Positions 17,584 to 28,539 of a stretch of DNA of 64,000 bases are shown here, piece after piece. Every line of letters begins with the position of its first letter. Positions within the stretch are counted from its first letter, which is position 1. Source of the DNA: an uncultured Gemmatimonadales bacterium. Lineage in GTDB: Bacteria; Gemmatimonadota; Gemmatimonadetes; Palauibacterales; Palauibacteraceae. A program made the position numbers and the translations under genes. The notes under the pieces are model-generated. The model worked only from the letters and a program-made list of their open reading frames with translations. It made no database searches and was not told the origin of the DNA. The DNA lies in contig CAWANJ010000003.1 of assembly GCA_963783385.1 (NCBI GenBank), forward strand, positions 64,001 to 128,000. The letters run 5' to 3'.

Positions 17584-18946
17584 TCAGCCGGGCTTCCGGT
17601 AGAGCTCGTGGACGAGCCCGATGCGGCCGGAGGCGAACCCGTGCGCCGAGCCCGCCATGTACAGTCGCCACACCCGGTACGTGGGCCGACCCACCATGGC
17701 GATGGCCTCGTCGCGCACGGCCTCGAGCCGTCGTACCCAGTGACGGAGGGTCGTGGCGTAGTGCTCCCGCAGGCTCATCACGTCCCGCGTTTCGAACCCC
17801 ACCGCCTCGGCCGGCGCCAGGCGCTCGCCCGCCGTGACCAGCTCGCCGTCGGGGAACACGTGGCCCTCGATGAAGCTCGTCCAGCGGTGGAAGAGCCGCT
17901 CGCGCAGGCGCCGGAGCCACGGCCGGGTGCTGTCCAGAGTGATGATGCCCTGGTCCAGGAAAAGGCCCCTCGGCTGCAGCTGCCGGAAGGTCGCCGAGAA
18001 GAACTCGGGTAGGTTCCGGCGCCCCACGTGCTCGACCATCCCCACGCTGACGATGGCGTCGAAGCGCTCGTCGTCCGGGAGGTCTCGGTAGTCCATGACC
18101 CGGATCTCGCACCGGTCGGACAGGCCCTCCTCGGCCAGCCGCTCCTGCGCGAAGCGGGCCTGGGGCTCGCTCAGGGTGATGCCGGTGGCCCGAACCCCGA
18201 AGCGCTCGGCGGCGAAGCGCACGAATCCGCCCCACCCGCACCCAATGTCGAGGAGGCGCTGCCCCGGCTCCAGTCGGAGCTTCCGGCACAGGAGCTCCAG
18301 CTTGGCCTCCTGTGCCCGCTCGAGCGACTCGTCGCCGCCGGGGAAGTAGCCGCAGGAGTACTGCATGTACGGATCGAGCCACAGCGCGTAGAACTCGTTC
18401 CCGAGATCGTAGTGGTAGCGCACCGAGCTGGCGTCCCGATCGCGCGAGTGGAGCTTACCGCGCCTCGACGGGCTTTCGCGGCGTCGCTCGGTGGGGGACG
18501 GCGTGGCGGCCGCGCGGCGCTCCGCCCGGGTCGAGGGAAGCCCGCGGAGCTCCGCCGCCAGCCTCGCCAGCCCGGACGGAGACCACAGGCTCTCGAAGGA
18601 CGGGCTCGACCGTGGCGACCACGAGCTCCAGGTCGCCCTCGACGTCGCAGTCGCCGAAAACGTAGGCTTCCCCGAGCGAGCGCTCGGTGGGAGGGAGGAG
18701 CATACTGCGGAGCGCGCCCGGCCAGCCCAGGACCAGGGTGAACGGGGCGCCGGTGGGGCCCTCCGTGTCGCCGGTCCAGAAGCGGACCGAGAAGTCACGC
18801 CCTGCCGGAGAGCCGAACAGCTTTTCGAGGATCCTCCGGGTCCGATCGAGGTCGGGTGGGGCGGCGCGGGTGGGCATGTGCGCCGCGCCTCCCGAGAGGG
18901 GGCGCCGGCGTCCCTGTGGAGCGGTTCCGACGGATGCGTTTCGCAT
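17584..18946 (-). CDS. cfa: Cyclopropane-fatty-acyl-phospholipid synthase family (frameshift near 18595)
   Basis: LGEAYVFGD (N-terminal frame); HYDLGNEFY, MQYSCGYF, LLDIGCGWG, SVGMVEHVG, WRLYMAG. Confidence 0.9.
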
Positions 18947-19021
18947 GGTCACCTCCCGACCGGGCGGCTTGCAAGGGCCGCACCGGGAGGTCGGCGTCCG
19001 ACGCTGCGTCGCCCTCCGGCG

Positions 19022-19805
19022 TCAACTCCAGTGTTTGCGGCCGAACGTCTCCACGCTCTCCTGCCGGGCATACACCACCTTGGCGAGCCCGAAGAGACGC
19101 AGGATCTGGATGTACATCCAGCCGATGTCGAACTCCCACCAGTGCGCCTTGAACTTGGCCGAGCGCGGGTCGGCGTGGTGGTTGTTGTGGAGCTCCTCGC
19201 CCAGGATCCAGATCCCCCACGGATAGATGTTGTAGCTGTGGTCCTTGGTCCTGAAGTTCCGGTAGCCCTTGGCGTGGCCGATGCCGTTGATCACGCCCCC
19301 GAAGATCGGCATCCAGAATGCTCATGGCCGACCACACGATGAGCCCGACGAGCGGACCGAACAGGAAGGCGTCCACGAGGAGCATGATCAGGAGGCCGAG
19401 GGACCGGTGGCGCGAGTACACATGGCGCTCCATCCAGTCCTCCGGGCACCCGTCGCCGTACTTGTCCAGTAGCTCCTGGTCCTGCGCCGCCTTCCGGTAG
19501 AAGAACACGTTGGCCAGCAGGATCGGCCACAGACCTTCCACCTCGGGGGAGTGCGGGTCGCCCTCGCGGTCCGCGAACGCGTGGTGCTTGCGGTGCACCG
19601 CCACCCACTCCCGGGTCACGATGGCCGTGGTCAGCCACAGCCAGAAACGCATGACGTGCTCGGCGAGCGGGCTGAAGCGCACGCCGCCATGGGTCATGCT
19701 GCGGTGCAGATACAGCGTGTTGCAGATGTTGGTGATGTGACCCAGGACCACGATCCACAGGACCGGAACCCACCAGGGATGTGCGAGAACGCCGTAGCCA
19801 GGCAC
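19022..19805 (-). CDS. Delta-9-type fatty acid desaturase (frameshift near 19315)
   Basis: Three His boxes HRSMTH, HRKHH and HNNHH; WWEFDIGW; GTG start at 19805 with RBS GGGGAGG. Confidence 0.88.
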
Positions 19806-19845
19806 GAGCCTCCCCTTGTGCGGTAACTCGAAAAGCAGAACTTCC

Positions 19846-19865
19846 GTCCTCCCACGTGGGAGGAC
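19846..19865. promoter_or_regulatory. Perfect 20-bp palindrome GTCCTCCCACGTGGGAGGAC
   Basis: Self-complementary; lies between the divergent desaturase and DUF983 genes. Confidence 0.55.
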
Positions 19866-19927
19866 CACAACCCGTAACGTACCCACAGTCCGGCGGGAAT
19901 CCAACCCGGGCCCCCGAGGAGCGACGC

Positions 19928-20338
19928 ATGAATCGGACGTCCGGCGGCGATGGGAGCGCCTCTCCCCCGGTTGGTGGGACGCCGCCGGGCACCTCCCTGG
20001 TGCGCGCGCTGCGGCTACGCTGTCCCCGCTGCGGCGGGCGGGGCATCCTGGAGTCGTGGTTCGAGCTCGCCGACGAGTGCCCGGGGTGCGGGCTGGACAC
20101 GGACCGGGGCGAGGAGGGTCACTTCCTCGGAGCCATGCTCGTCAGCCTGGTGGCGGTGGAGCTCCTGGTCGCGGGGCTGGCGGCGCTCACCATCGTGCTG
20201 GCGTGGCCCGCCGTCCCCTGGACCGCGATCACGGTCGGCGGCGTGCTCCTGGCGGTCGGGATGCCCGTGGCGATCTACCCCTATTCTCGTCTCCTGTGGC
20301 TCGGGGTCGATCTCCACATCCGCCCGGAGGTGGACTGA
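19928..20338 (+). CDS. DUF983 family zinc-ribbon membrane protein
   Basis: RCPRCG...CPGCGL...EEGHFLGAM followed by two TM helices, YPYSRLLW. Confidence 0.82.
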   Translation: MNRTSGGDGSASPPVGGTPPGTSLVRALRLRCPRCGGRGILESWFELADECPGCGLDTDRGEEGHFLGAMLVSLVAVELLVAGLAALTIVLAWPAVPWTAITVGGVLLAVGMPVAIYPYSRLLWLGVDLHIRPEVD

Positions 20339-20372
20339 GGAGAGGGCCACCCGGCATCCCCCGGCGTAACGC

Positions 20373-21824
20373 TCAGCGCGGGGCCTCGCTTTCCGCCGCG
20401 TCCGTGGCCGTGGCGAAGCCCCTGCGCACCTGCTGACCCCAGCCACCGACATCGCGGAGGAAGCTCCAGAAGCCACGGAGCCTCCACCACACCGTGAGCT
20501 GGCGGTAGCCGAAGGGCTCGAGGAGGGCGAACACGATGATTCGGGCGTAGTCCCGTGCTCGCGGGTACACCCTGAAGGTCAGGAACTCCAGCCACACGCC
20601 GCCGACCGACAGGAGCATTCGGTAGCCGAAGGCGAGGCCGAAGAAGAGCAGGGCATAGCGAACATCCAGGATCCCCAGCCACAGGCCGGCCGCGATCACG
20701 CCGTAGCCGATCACTTCGACGATCGGGGCCAGCATCTCGCCCAGTACGTAATATGGGAAGGCGATGAGCCCCACGGCCCCGTACCTCGGGTTCAGGAACA
20801 CCTTCCAGTGCCTGAACAGGGTTCCCAGGAGCCCGTGGTGCCAGCGTTCTCTCTGGTTGCCCAGCGTCTCGATCGTCTCGGGGACCTCGGTCCACACGAC
20901 CGGATCGGGAACGAAGGGCACGTCGTAGCGCTCTCCCCGTTCGCTGAGGAGCCGGTGGATGCTGATCGTGAGCTCGAGGTCCTCGGCGATCGAGTCCTCA
21001 CGGTAGCCTCCGACGGCCAGCATGAGCCGCTTCTGCCACAGGCCGAAGGCGCCGGAGATCAGCATGTTCCCCCCGAGTCGATTCCAGCCGAGCCGACCGA
21101 ACAGAAAGGCCCGGAAGTACTCCGGAACCTGGAAGGAGGCCAGCCAACTCCGCGGGACGCGTGGCGCCACCGGCACCCCACCGCGGAAGTGCACCCCGTT
21201 GGCGACGCGGATGGTGCCGCCGGTGCCGGCCACCGGCTTCCGGCTTACGAACATGATGCGGGCCAGGCGGCGCAGGGCGCTCGGCTCCATGATCGTATCC
21301 GCGTCGATGATGGCGCAGTATGGATAGCGGGACGCGTTCACGGCCACGTTGAGCGGCGCGGAGCGAGTCGCCACGGCGCCCTTCTCCTTGTCCACCACCA
21401 GGAGTCGGGGCTCCCGGCGGGAGCGATAGTAGCCGCGGACGGCAGGCGTGGAGAGACGGTGGGTGAAGGCCGGCGGGACGGGATACAGGTCGAACGTCTC
21501 GGTGAGCAGGGGCAGGGTCCCGTCCGTGGAGGCGTCGTTGACGACGATCACCTCGTAGTCGGGATAGTCGAGGTGAAGCAGCGCGTCCACGCTGGAGACG
21601 ATGACGGCCTCCTCGTTGAAGGCAGGAACGAGCACGGAGACGGGTGGGAAGGCCCCCTCGGGGAGACGGCCCGTGAGCCGCAGCCGGGATGCCAGCGCCC
21701 AGTGCTTCCACACCTCGAACACGGAGAGCGTGAACAGGACCCCGTAGAACAGGTTCAGGGAGCCGAAGTACCACAGAAGGATCGGGTCCCAGAACCCGAC
21801 GAACCGGCGGAGGAATCCGATCAT
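20373..21824 (-). CDS. Membrane GT2 glycosyltransferase (PgaC/IcaA/YaiP-like)
   Basis: VSVLVPAFNEE, VVNDASTD, IDAD, EDLEL, QRERW (QxxRW); flanking TM helices. Confidence 0.9.
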   Translation of the reverse strand: MIGFLRRFVGFWDPILLWYFGSLNLFYGVLFTLSVFEVWKHWALASRLRLTGRLPEGAFPPVSVLVPAFNEEAVIVSSVDALLHLDYPDYEVIVVNDASTDGTLPLLTETFDLYPVPPAFTHRLSTPAVRGYYRSRREPRLLVVDKEKGAVATRSAPLNVAVNASRYPYCAIIDADTIMEPSALRRLARIMFVSRKPVAGTGGTIRVANGVHFRGGVPVAPRVPRSWLASFQVPEYFRAFLFGRLGWNRLGGNMLISGAFGLWQKRLMLAVGGYREDSIAEDLELTISIHRLLSERGERYDVPFVPDPVVWTEVPETIETLGNQRERWHHGLLGTLFRHWKVFLNPRYGAVGLIAFPYYVLGEMLAPIVEVIGYGVIAAGLWLGILDVRYALLFFGLAFGYRMLLSVGGVWLEFLTFRVYPRARDYARIIVFALLEPFGYRQLTVWWRLRGFWSFLRDVGGWGQQVRRGFATATDAAESEAPR

Positions 21825-21852
21825 CGAAGCCCGACCGGTCGACCGAGCCGTT

Positions 21853-22920
21853 TCAGCTGACGTACTCCCACACGGCTGCGTCCTCCAGTCGGAGGACGTA
21901 GCGCGCCATATCGTGTGCGTACCGGTCCTGCGCGGGTGTCACGGACTCCAGCAGCCGTTTCCCCTTCCACCCCAGCTGCCGCAGGGCGAGCCCCGCGCGG
22001 AGGCGTACCCACCAGCTGGGGTCGGACAGGGCCCGCAGCAAGTCCTCGGCGGCCGTCCGCGCTTCGAAGGTTCCCAGGGCCGAGGCGGCCTGGGCGCGCA
22101 CCTGCCAGGCCGGGTCCTCGAGGGCCGCACGGAGCGGCGGGACCGAGCCTCGCTTCGGCAGTCCCGCCAGCGCGCGCGCCGCGTTGATGCGCACCTCCAG
22201 CCCTCCCTGCGCGAGGTGCGTCTCGATCTCGTCCCGGAGCGCCGGGCTCCCCAGCCGCCCGGCGAGCTGCAGGAGCGTGACGCGTCCGTCTTCCTCCTTC
22301 ACCCGCCGAAACCGATCCCGCAGCGGCCCGACCAAAGACTCTCCCATTCCGATGAGCACGATCTGCACGTGCTCCTTGTGGGTGAGCGCGCCGGCCGTCC
22401 GGCCCAGCGCCAGATCGAGGAGCGGGTCGACGAGGCTGAGGTGTGGGAAGCGCCGGGCCGCGAGGAGCGCCGCGCTGGCAGGGGCGGGGTGGGGGTCGTC
22501 CAGGAGCCGGACCAGGCTCGGGAGGTCTTCCTCGTCGGCGATGAGGGCCAGGAGCTGGGCGGCCGCCAGGCGGCGCCACCACAGCGACGAGCGGGCCCAC
22601 CGCAGCGCCTTGCGGTGGGCCGGGCCCTCCCGGACGACCTCCGCCAGGGGGAGTCCGGCGTCCTCGGCCCGACCTGCGGCGCGGGTCTCCAGGACGCGCC
22701 GCAGAGAGTACAGGGAGCAGCGGTCCAGCGGCCGACGTACCGGTTTCGTCGAGTCCCCGGTCCGCCAGGCCCGGAGGGCCGCGTAGGCCGAGCGCTCCCG
22801 CCGCTGTCGGCGGGCCCCGAGGAGGGCGCTCACCGGGGACCAGACCATGAGGAGGCCGAACAGCGCGAGCAGAAGGCCGACCTCGATCGCGACCAGGAGG
22901 AGGAGCGGCCGGAGACCCAC
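21853..22920 (-). CDS. Membrane-anchored HEAT repeat protein
   Basis: N-terminal TM helix; repeats EVRINAARAL, WQVRAQAASALG, WWVRLRAGLAL. Confidence 0.85.
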   Translation of the reverse strand: MGLRPLLLLVAIEVGLLLALFGLLMVWSPVSALLGARRQRRERSAYAALRAWRTGDSTKPVRRPLDRCSLYSLRRVLETRAAGRAEDAGLPLAEVVREGPAHRKALRWARSSLWWRRLAAAQLLALIADEEDLPSLVRLLDDPHPAPASAALLAARRFPHLSLVDPLLDLALGRTAGALTHKEHVQIVLIGMGESLVGPLRDRFRRVKEEDGRVTLLQLAGRLGSPALRDEIETHLAQGGLEVRINAARALAGLPKRGSVPPLRAALEDPAWQVRAQAASALGTFEARTAAEDLLRALSDPSWWVRLRAGLALRQLGWKGKRLLESVTPAQDRYAHDMARYVLRLEDAAVWEYVS

Positions 22921-22921
22921 G

Positions 22922-23740
22922 CTAGAAGCTCCGGCTCAGGGACAAGGAGGCGCCGGCACGGCTGAGGCGGGGCTCGGAGTGCACCCCCACCACATCGATC
23001 CGGACCGTCCAGCCCGGCAGTCCGGTCCACTGCGCTCCCGCGTAGGCCGAGCGTGTCCGCAGCGTCCGCACGCTCTGATTGCCGGGGGGGCCCACCAGGA
23101 AGTCCTCGTTGCCGACGGCGACGCCCACCCACGCCTGCCAGTCGGGCGCCAGGCCGGCCTGGGCACGGGCGATGGCGGCCAGGTTGATCGTCCCGAACGT
23201 GTTCCGGGTGAAGCGCGCTTCGCCCCTCAGGAACCAGCGTCCGCCGTACCAGTCCAACCGGGGGCTCAGCTGGTGCACCGGTCCCTGCGGGTAGTCCTTG
23301 ATCTCGTAGCCGAGGGCGGGCACGAAGTGTCCGCTGGGCCGCGACACGGTGGCGTGGAGCATGTAGCGCTCGAGGATCCGGGCGTCGGGCGTCCAACGCC
23401 CCTGCAGCGACACGTACAGCCGATCCCGGGGGTGCAGCGTCCCCTGCAGCTCGAGGCTCTGGTCCCAGCGGCCGAAACGGTCGGTTTCGACCAGGGCGCC
23501 GCCCGCCCGATCGCCCCGGCTCCACAGCCGGGAGACGCCCTGCCGGAGCTCGAACCAGTCCTGGCTGCCGGAGACCGACAGGCCCTGGAAGTCGAGCTGC
23601 GCCACCCACGTTCCTTGCTGCGCCCGGGCGGCCCCGGGCAACAAGGCCGGAACCGCGAGGGCGGTGGCCAGAACGGCGAGGACGGACCGGGTCGATCGCG
23701 TCGGCATGGACGAAGAATGTGTCGCATGTGTGGACTTCAC
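22922..23740 (-). CDS. YaiO family outer-membrane beta-barrel protein
   Basis: Signal peptide, amphipathic beta strands, C-terminal ...SLSLSRSF; context with HEAT and GT2. Confidence 0.7.
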   Translation of the reverse strand: MKSTHATHSSSMPTRSTRSVLAVLATALAVPALLPGAARAQQGTWVAQLDFQGLSVSGSQDWFELRQGVSRLWSRGDRAGGALVETDRFGRWDQSLELQGTLHPRDRLYVSLQGRWTPDARILERYMLHATVSRPSGHFVPALGYEIKDYPQGPVHQLSPRLDWYGGRWFLRGEARFTRNTFGTINLAAIARAQAGLAPDWQAWVGVAVGNEDFLVGPPGNQSVRTLRTRSAYAGAQWTGLPGWTVRIDVVGVHSEPRLSRAGASLSLSRSF

Positions 23741-23872
23741 GCCACCGCGCGCCGCAGGGTGGCAGAGCCTTGTCGCGGACTCGGATGATCTTTCCTTCAG
23801 GGTGGTGCGAGCCGCGAGGTTTCGGCATCTTTTTTTCGGTAATCGACGGGCACGTGGGACCAGGAAGACGGG

Positions 23873-25097
23873 ATGAGGTGGTCGTGGAAGGGCCCGGGCG
23901 AAGATCCGGGCGTGGAAGGGAGGGTGGCGGGCGGCGCGGCGACTGGCGCGACGTCCCCGGCGCGTCCACGTCGGGGTGAGCCGCCCCCCCGCGCCCTGGC
24001 GATCAGCGTCTTCGCCCTTCTTGCGGCGGTGGTCGTGGCGTTCCTGCGCCCGGCGCGGGAGGGCCCCTACCTGGGCTTCATCTGGGTGCTGGCACTCATC
24101 CCCTCCCTTCCTCCTCGCCTTCTATCGTGGGTGGGCCGGTGCGGTCTTCGCCCTGGTGGCAGGGATGCTGGCGCTCACGGGGACGGAGGTCATCGGCCGG
24201 GAGGTCCTCGATGGGAGCATCGACTGGTGGGTGTTCGGGGTGGTCACCGTCGGCCTCCTGGTGGTGAGCGCTGGCGCCGGCATCATCTCCGAGCTCCTCC
24301 ATCGGTCGGGCGGAGATCCACGCGGCATCGACGCCTCAAAGAGCTGGCGCCGGGAGCTGCGCCGCGCGATCGAGACGGGCGAGCTGCGGCTGCTCTACCA
24401 GCCCATCGTCTCGTTCGAGGACGGGAAGGTCCACGGGATCGAGGCGCTGGTTCGCTGGGAGCATCCCACTCGAGGCCTCATGAGTCCCGACCAGTTCCTC
24501 ACCCTGGCCGAGAGCGCCGGCCTCATGGTGCCACTCGGAAACTGGGTGCTGGAGGAGGCCCTGGGGCGCTACGTTCCCTGGAAGCAGCGCTTCGGCCTCC
24601 AGTCGGGCTTCTTCCTGAGCGTCAACCTGGACACCTCGCAGTGCCGTCAGGCGGGCCTGCGAGAGAAGCTCCGCGACCTCCTGCGGGCCAGCCACATGCA
24701 GCCCGGGGACCTCCAGGTCGAGGTCACGGAACAGGCTCTCACGTCCGCAGTGAGCCAGCTCAGGGAGCTCAAGCGCCTCGGGGTGCGGATCGCGGTCGAC
24801 GACTTCGGCACGGGGTTCATCTCCCTGAGCCAGCTCAGCCGACTGGAGATCGACGCGCTCAAGATCGACGGGGCCTTCGTGCACGGCATGGAGGAGGACG
24901 AGGGCGACCGGGCGCTGGTCGAGTCCATCCTCCAGCTGGCCGGGACGCTGGGCCTGCAGGTCACGGCCGAGGGCGTGGAGACCCGGGCGCAGTTCGACCT
25001 CCTGCGCGACCTGGGCTGCTCCTACGGCCAGGGCTACTACTTCGCCGAGCCCTACCCGGTCACGGCCCTCGAGCTGGGAGCGCCATCCGGGTCCTGA
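23873..25097 (+). CDS. Membrane-bound EAL-domain c-di-GMP phosphodiesterase (frameshift near 24101; start uncertain)
   Basis: YQPIV, IEALVRW, SVNL, DDFGTG, KID, EGVE, QGY; N-terminal TM domain; no GGDEF. Confidence 0.85.
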
Positions 25098-25121
25098 GCA
25101 GCGGATCGCGGCTCGGGCCCA

Positions 25122-25511
25122 TCAGCGTGCGCAGGCCAGGCCTTGCCGCCGGATGTCCTCGATCGCTCCCGGTCCGATGCCCGTGACCCGGTCGAGGTCT
25201 TCCAGCGAGACGAAGGGGCTCACGAGGCGCTGTTCCATGATCTGCCGCGATCGGTCCCCCCCGATGTGCACGATCCGCTGGAGGTCCGCACGGTTCGCGG
25301 AGTTCAGGTCCACGCAGGGTCCGATCGCGGCAGACGGCTCGCCCGCGCCGGAGCGGGCGGAGCGCGCGTCGGAGGGCACCGCCCGTCGCAGCGCGTCGAC
25401 CACACGATGGAAGTCCACCCGGCGTAACGCGTACACGACCAGCACGACGGCCGCCACCCGGACCAGCAGCCCCAATCCTCGCCGGCGGGTCACGGGCGGA
25501 CGCTCCGCCAC
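25122..25511 (-). CDS. ComEA-like helix-hairpin-helix DNA-binding protein
   Basis: N-terminal TM helix; VDLNSA...LQRIVHIG...F.SLEDL.RV.GIG. Confidence 0.75.
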   Translation of the reverse strand: MAERPPVTRRRGLGLLVRVAAVVLVVYALRRVDFHRVVDALRRAVPSDARSARSGAGEPSAAIGPCVDLNSANRADLQRIVHIGGDRSRQIMEQRLVSPFVSLEDLDRVTGIGPGAIEDIRRQGLACAR

Positions 25512-25550
25512 GGGCGGCCCGAGCGCCGGCGGGTCACCGGCCGCGACCGC

Positions 25551-26360
25551 TCAGTCACCGCCGCGCCTGCGCTCGATCCAGCCGCGCAGGAGCCGTGAGC
25601 CGAACTGGGAGCGCTCTTCCCAGTCGTAGGAGCCCACGATGAGGTCCCACAGGGGCGAGCTCACCCCGAAGTCCTTGTGGTTATCGGAGAAGTGGTGGCG
25701 CATGTGGCCCTTTCCCAGACGGTACATGGTCTCCTCGGTCCGTCCGCCGGGCCGGATGAAGTGGATGGCGTAGTGGGAGGTGTCGTAGATGAGGTAGCCC
25801 GTGACGAAGCCGGCGAAGAAGGCCGGCGTCAGGAGCCGCCCGAGGGTGAAGCTGAACAGCGTGTAGAAAAGGACGGCGAGCGGAATGCTCACCGAGGGCG
25901 GCATCACCAGGCGCCGCGGATCGCTGGGGAACTCGTGGTGCACGCCGTGGGCCACGAAGTAGAACTTCTCCCGCCAGCCCTCGAGCGTGGGGAGGATGGG
26001 CTCGTCGGGTGAGAGCCCGTGCACCTTGAGCTTGACGCTGCGCTCGGTCTCCGCGGTGGCGATTTCGTGGAAGACGTACCGGTGCAGGAGGAACTCGGCA
26101 CCCGTCCACGCCATGAGCCCGAGCACGGCCAGCCCGGCCGTGGCCACCAGGCTCGTTCCGAGCCACACGCTCCTCCCCAGCATGAACAGCACTAGCGGGA
26201 TGTAGAGGACGTGCGGCAGCCAGGGCGGCACCCGGGAGAGCCGCTCCATCCAGTCCTTCTCGAACATCCGCACCGTCGGATCCCGGGGAGGCAGTCGCGC
26301 GGCGCGCTCCCACATCTCCCGTTCCGGCTCCCGGACCGTACCTGCTGCCTGTCCGCTCAT
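25551..26360 (-). CDS. Fatty acid hydroxylase / sterol desaturase family (FA2H-like)
   Basis: His boxes HRYVFH, HGVHH, HYAIH and HMRHH; RLVMPP, FGVSSPLWD. Confidence 0.88.
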   Translation of the reverse strand: MSGQAAGTVREPEREMWERAARLPPRDPTVRMFEKDWMERLSRVPPWLPHVLYIPLVLFMLGRSVWLGTSLVATAGLAVLGLMAWTGAEFLLHRYVFHEIATAETERSVKLKVHGLSPDEPILPTLEGWREKFYFVAHGVHHEFPSDPRRLVMPPSVSIPLAVLFYTLFSFTLGRLLTPAFFAGFVTGYLIYDTSHYAIHFIRPGGRTEETMYRLGKGHMRHHFSDNHKDFGVSSPLWDLIVGSYDWEERSQFGSRLLRGWIERRRGGD

Positions 26361-26364
26361 ACGT

Positions 26365-26784
26365 TCACTCCTGTGAATCGTCCCGAGCGGCCGCCTCCGG
26401 GGGCGCGGCCGATGTCTCTACCTCGATCCAGACCCGGCCGTCGTGGACGCTGACCGGAAACGTGTCGATGTCGTAGCGGGAGATCGAGTCCAGCGACGCT
26501 CCGCTCTCCAGGTCGAACGTGGCGTAGTGCCACGAGCAGATCACCCTCCGCCCGTCCAGCGCTCCCTCGGACAGCGGGCCGCCCGAATGCGGGCACAGCT
26601 CCTCGGTCGCAAAGAAGGTACCTTCGACGTTGAACAGTGCCACGCACCGCTCCCCGACCTCGAACCTCCTTCCCTGCCCAGGTTCGAGCTCGTGCGCGCC
26701 GCACAGTGGAACGTACGACCGCCCCGGCCCGGGCTCGGCAGGCTGGCGGACCGCCCGGGGGCGGGCGTCTCGATCGGCGTCCAT
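26365..26784 (-). CDS. Rieske [2Fe-2S] ferredoxin
   Basis: CPHSGGPLSEG...CSWHYATFDL. Start uncertain. Confidence 0.85.
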   Translation of the reverse strand: MDADRDARPRAVRQPAEPGPGRSYVPLCGAHELEPGQGRRFEVGERCVALFNVEGTFFATEELCPHSGGPLSEGALDGRRVICSWHYATFDLESGASLDSISRYDIDTFPVSVHDGRVWIEVETSAAPPEAAARDDSQE

Positions 26785-26956
26785 GGTCTCCGTGGGGACG
26801 GGAGTGACCGTGCCCGGCGCCGCGGGCCACGCGGCGCGCATCGCGCCCAAGAGGAACACGGGAGAGCCCGCCTGGTTCCCCGCGACGCGCCGGCGCCGGA
26901 GCCGGTCGTCGAACCTGGCGGCGGGCGGGAGACGGGGCGCGGTCACGGCCGGGCCT

Positions 26957-28045
26957 TCAGGCGAGAAGGTCGGCCAGCTCCTCGGCACGCTCCAGGGCCG
27001 CCGTGCCGTCCGCGGCACGGACGGTCACGTGCCCGAGCTTGCGGCCCGGTCGCGGCGACTTGGCGTACAGGTGAACGTGCGCCCCCTTCACCGCGAGCAT
27101 CGCCTCGAGCGAGGGGACCGTGCCGATCAGGTTCTGCATGATACTGACGCCCACCGGCCGGGTCGCGCCGAGCGGAAGGCCGGCGACCGCGCGCACGTGG
27201 TTCTCGAACTGGCTGGTCTCGGCTCCCTCAATGCTCCAGTGGCCGGAGTTGTGGACGCGGGGCGCCATCTCGTTGGCCAGCAACCGCCCCTCGTGCTCGA
27301 ACAGCTCGATCGCCAGCACGCCGACGTAGTCGAGCTCGGTGAGTACGCGCTGCGCGTAATCCTCGGCCAGCGCTTGCAGATCCGCGTCGACACCCGGGGC
27401 CGGCGCCCGGGAGCGCACCAGGATGCCCTCGTCGTGCGTGTTGTGGACGAGGGGGTAGGTCCGGACGCCTCCGTCCCGGCCGCGAACCGACAGGATGGAG
27501 AGCTCGCGCCGGAAGTCGACGAAGCCCTCCAGGATCAGCGGCCGGCCGCCGAGCTCGTGCCAGGCGGGGTCGGCGTCCGCCGCCGTACGGAGGATGACCT
27601 GTCCCTTGCCGTCGTAGCCGAAGCGGCGCGTCTTCAGCACGGCGGGCGTGCCAAGCTTCTCTAGCGCCGCGTCGAACTCCTCGCGGCTCCCGACCGCCTC
27701 GAACGGCGCCGTGGGGATGCCGTGGTCCCGGAAGAACGTCTTCTCGACCAGCCGGTCCTGCGCCACGTCCAGGGCCTCCGGCGGCGGATACACCGGGACC
27801 CGCCCCGCCAACCGGTCGGCAGAGGCCCGGGGGACGTTCTCGAACTCGTACGTGACCACGTCCAGGCCATCCGCGAACGCGTCCAGGGCGGCGGGGTCGT
27901 CGTAGTCGCCGCGCACGTGCTCGCTCACGTCGCCCGCGCTGGCGGCGGGCTTGGGCTCCAGCACCCGGAACTCCAGGCCCAGCGGGTAGCCGGCCAGGGC
28001 GAGCATGCGTCCGAGCTGGCCGCCCCCGATGATGCCGACCTTCAC
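26957..28045 (-). CDS. purK: N5-carboxyaminoimidazole ribonucleotide synthase
   Basis: [45 protein letters not shown]; GTGA overlap with purE. Confidence 0.96.
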   Translation of the reverse strand: MKVGIIGGGQLGRMLALAGYPLGLEFRVLEPKPAASAGDVSEHVRGDYDDPAALDAFADGLDVVTYEFENVPRASADRLAGRVPVYPPPEALDVAQDRLVEKTFFRDHGIPTAPFEAVGSREEFDAALEKLGTPAVLKTRRFGYDGKGQVILRTAADADPAWHELGGRPLILEGFVDFRRELSILSVRGRDGGVRTYPLVHNTHDEGILVRSRAPAPGVDADLQALAEDYAQRVLTELDYVGVLAIELFEHEGRLLANEMAPRVHNSGHWSIEGAETSQFENHVRAVAGLPLGATRPVGVSIMQNLIGTVPSLEAMLAVKGAHVHLYAKSPRPGRKLGHVTVRAADGTAALERAEELADLLA

Positions 28046-28539
28046 GAACCCTCCGGCAGCTTCGAGTCCTCCAGCACGGACCGCGTCTGCTCGGCCCGGT
28101 AGGCCCTGAGACGTTCGCGGATGTCCGGGTGCGAGCCCCCCAGGATCGAAGCCGCCAGCAGGGCGGCGTTGACCGCGCCCGATCGCCCGATCGCGAGCGT
28201 GCCGACCGGAACCCCGCGCGGCATCTGGACGATGGAGAGCAGGGAGTCCACGCCGTTCAGGGCGCGCGACTTGACCGGCACGCCCAGCACCGGCAGCACC
28301 GTCTTGGAGGCGGTCATGCCGGGCAGGTGCGCCGCGCCTCCCGCCCCGGCGATGATGATCTCGAGGCCGCGCTCCTCCGCCGTGGCGGCGTATTCGAACA
28401 GGAGATCCGGCGTACGGTGGGCCGACACGACCCTCGTCTCGAACGGCACCTCCAGCTCCCCCAGGACGCGCACCGCGTGCTCCATCGTCTCCCAATCGGA
28501 CGTGGAGCCCATGATGATCCCGACCAGCGCGTTCGCCAT
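28042..28539 (-). CDS. purE: N5-CAIR mutase
   Basis: [33 protein letters not shown]. Confidence 0.97.
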   Translation of the reverse strand: MANALVGIIMGSTSDWETMEHAVRVLGELEVPFETRVVSAHRTPDLLFEYAATAEERGLEIIIAGAGGAAHLPGMTASKTVLPVLGVPVKSRALNGVDSLLSIVQMPRGVPVGTLAIGRSGAVNAALLAASILGGSHPDIRERLRAYRAEQTRSVLEDSKLPEGS

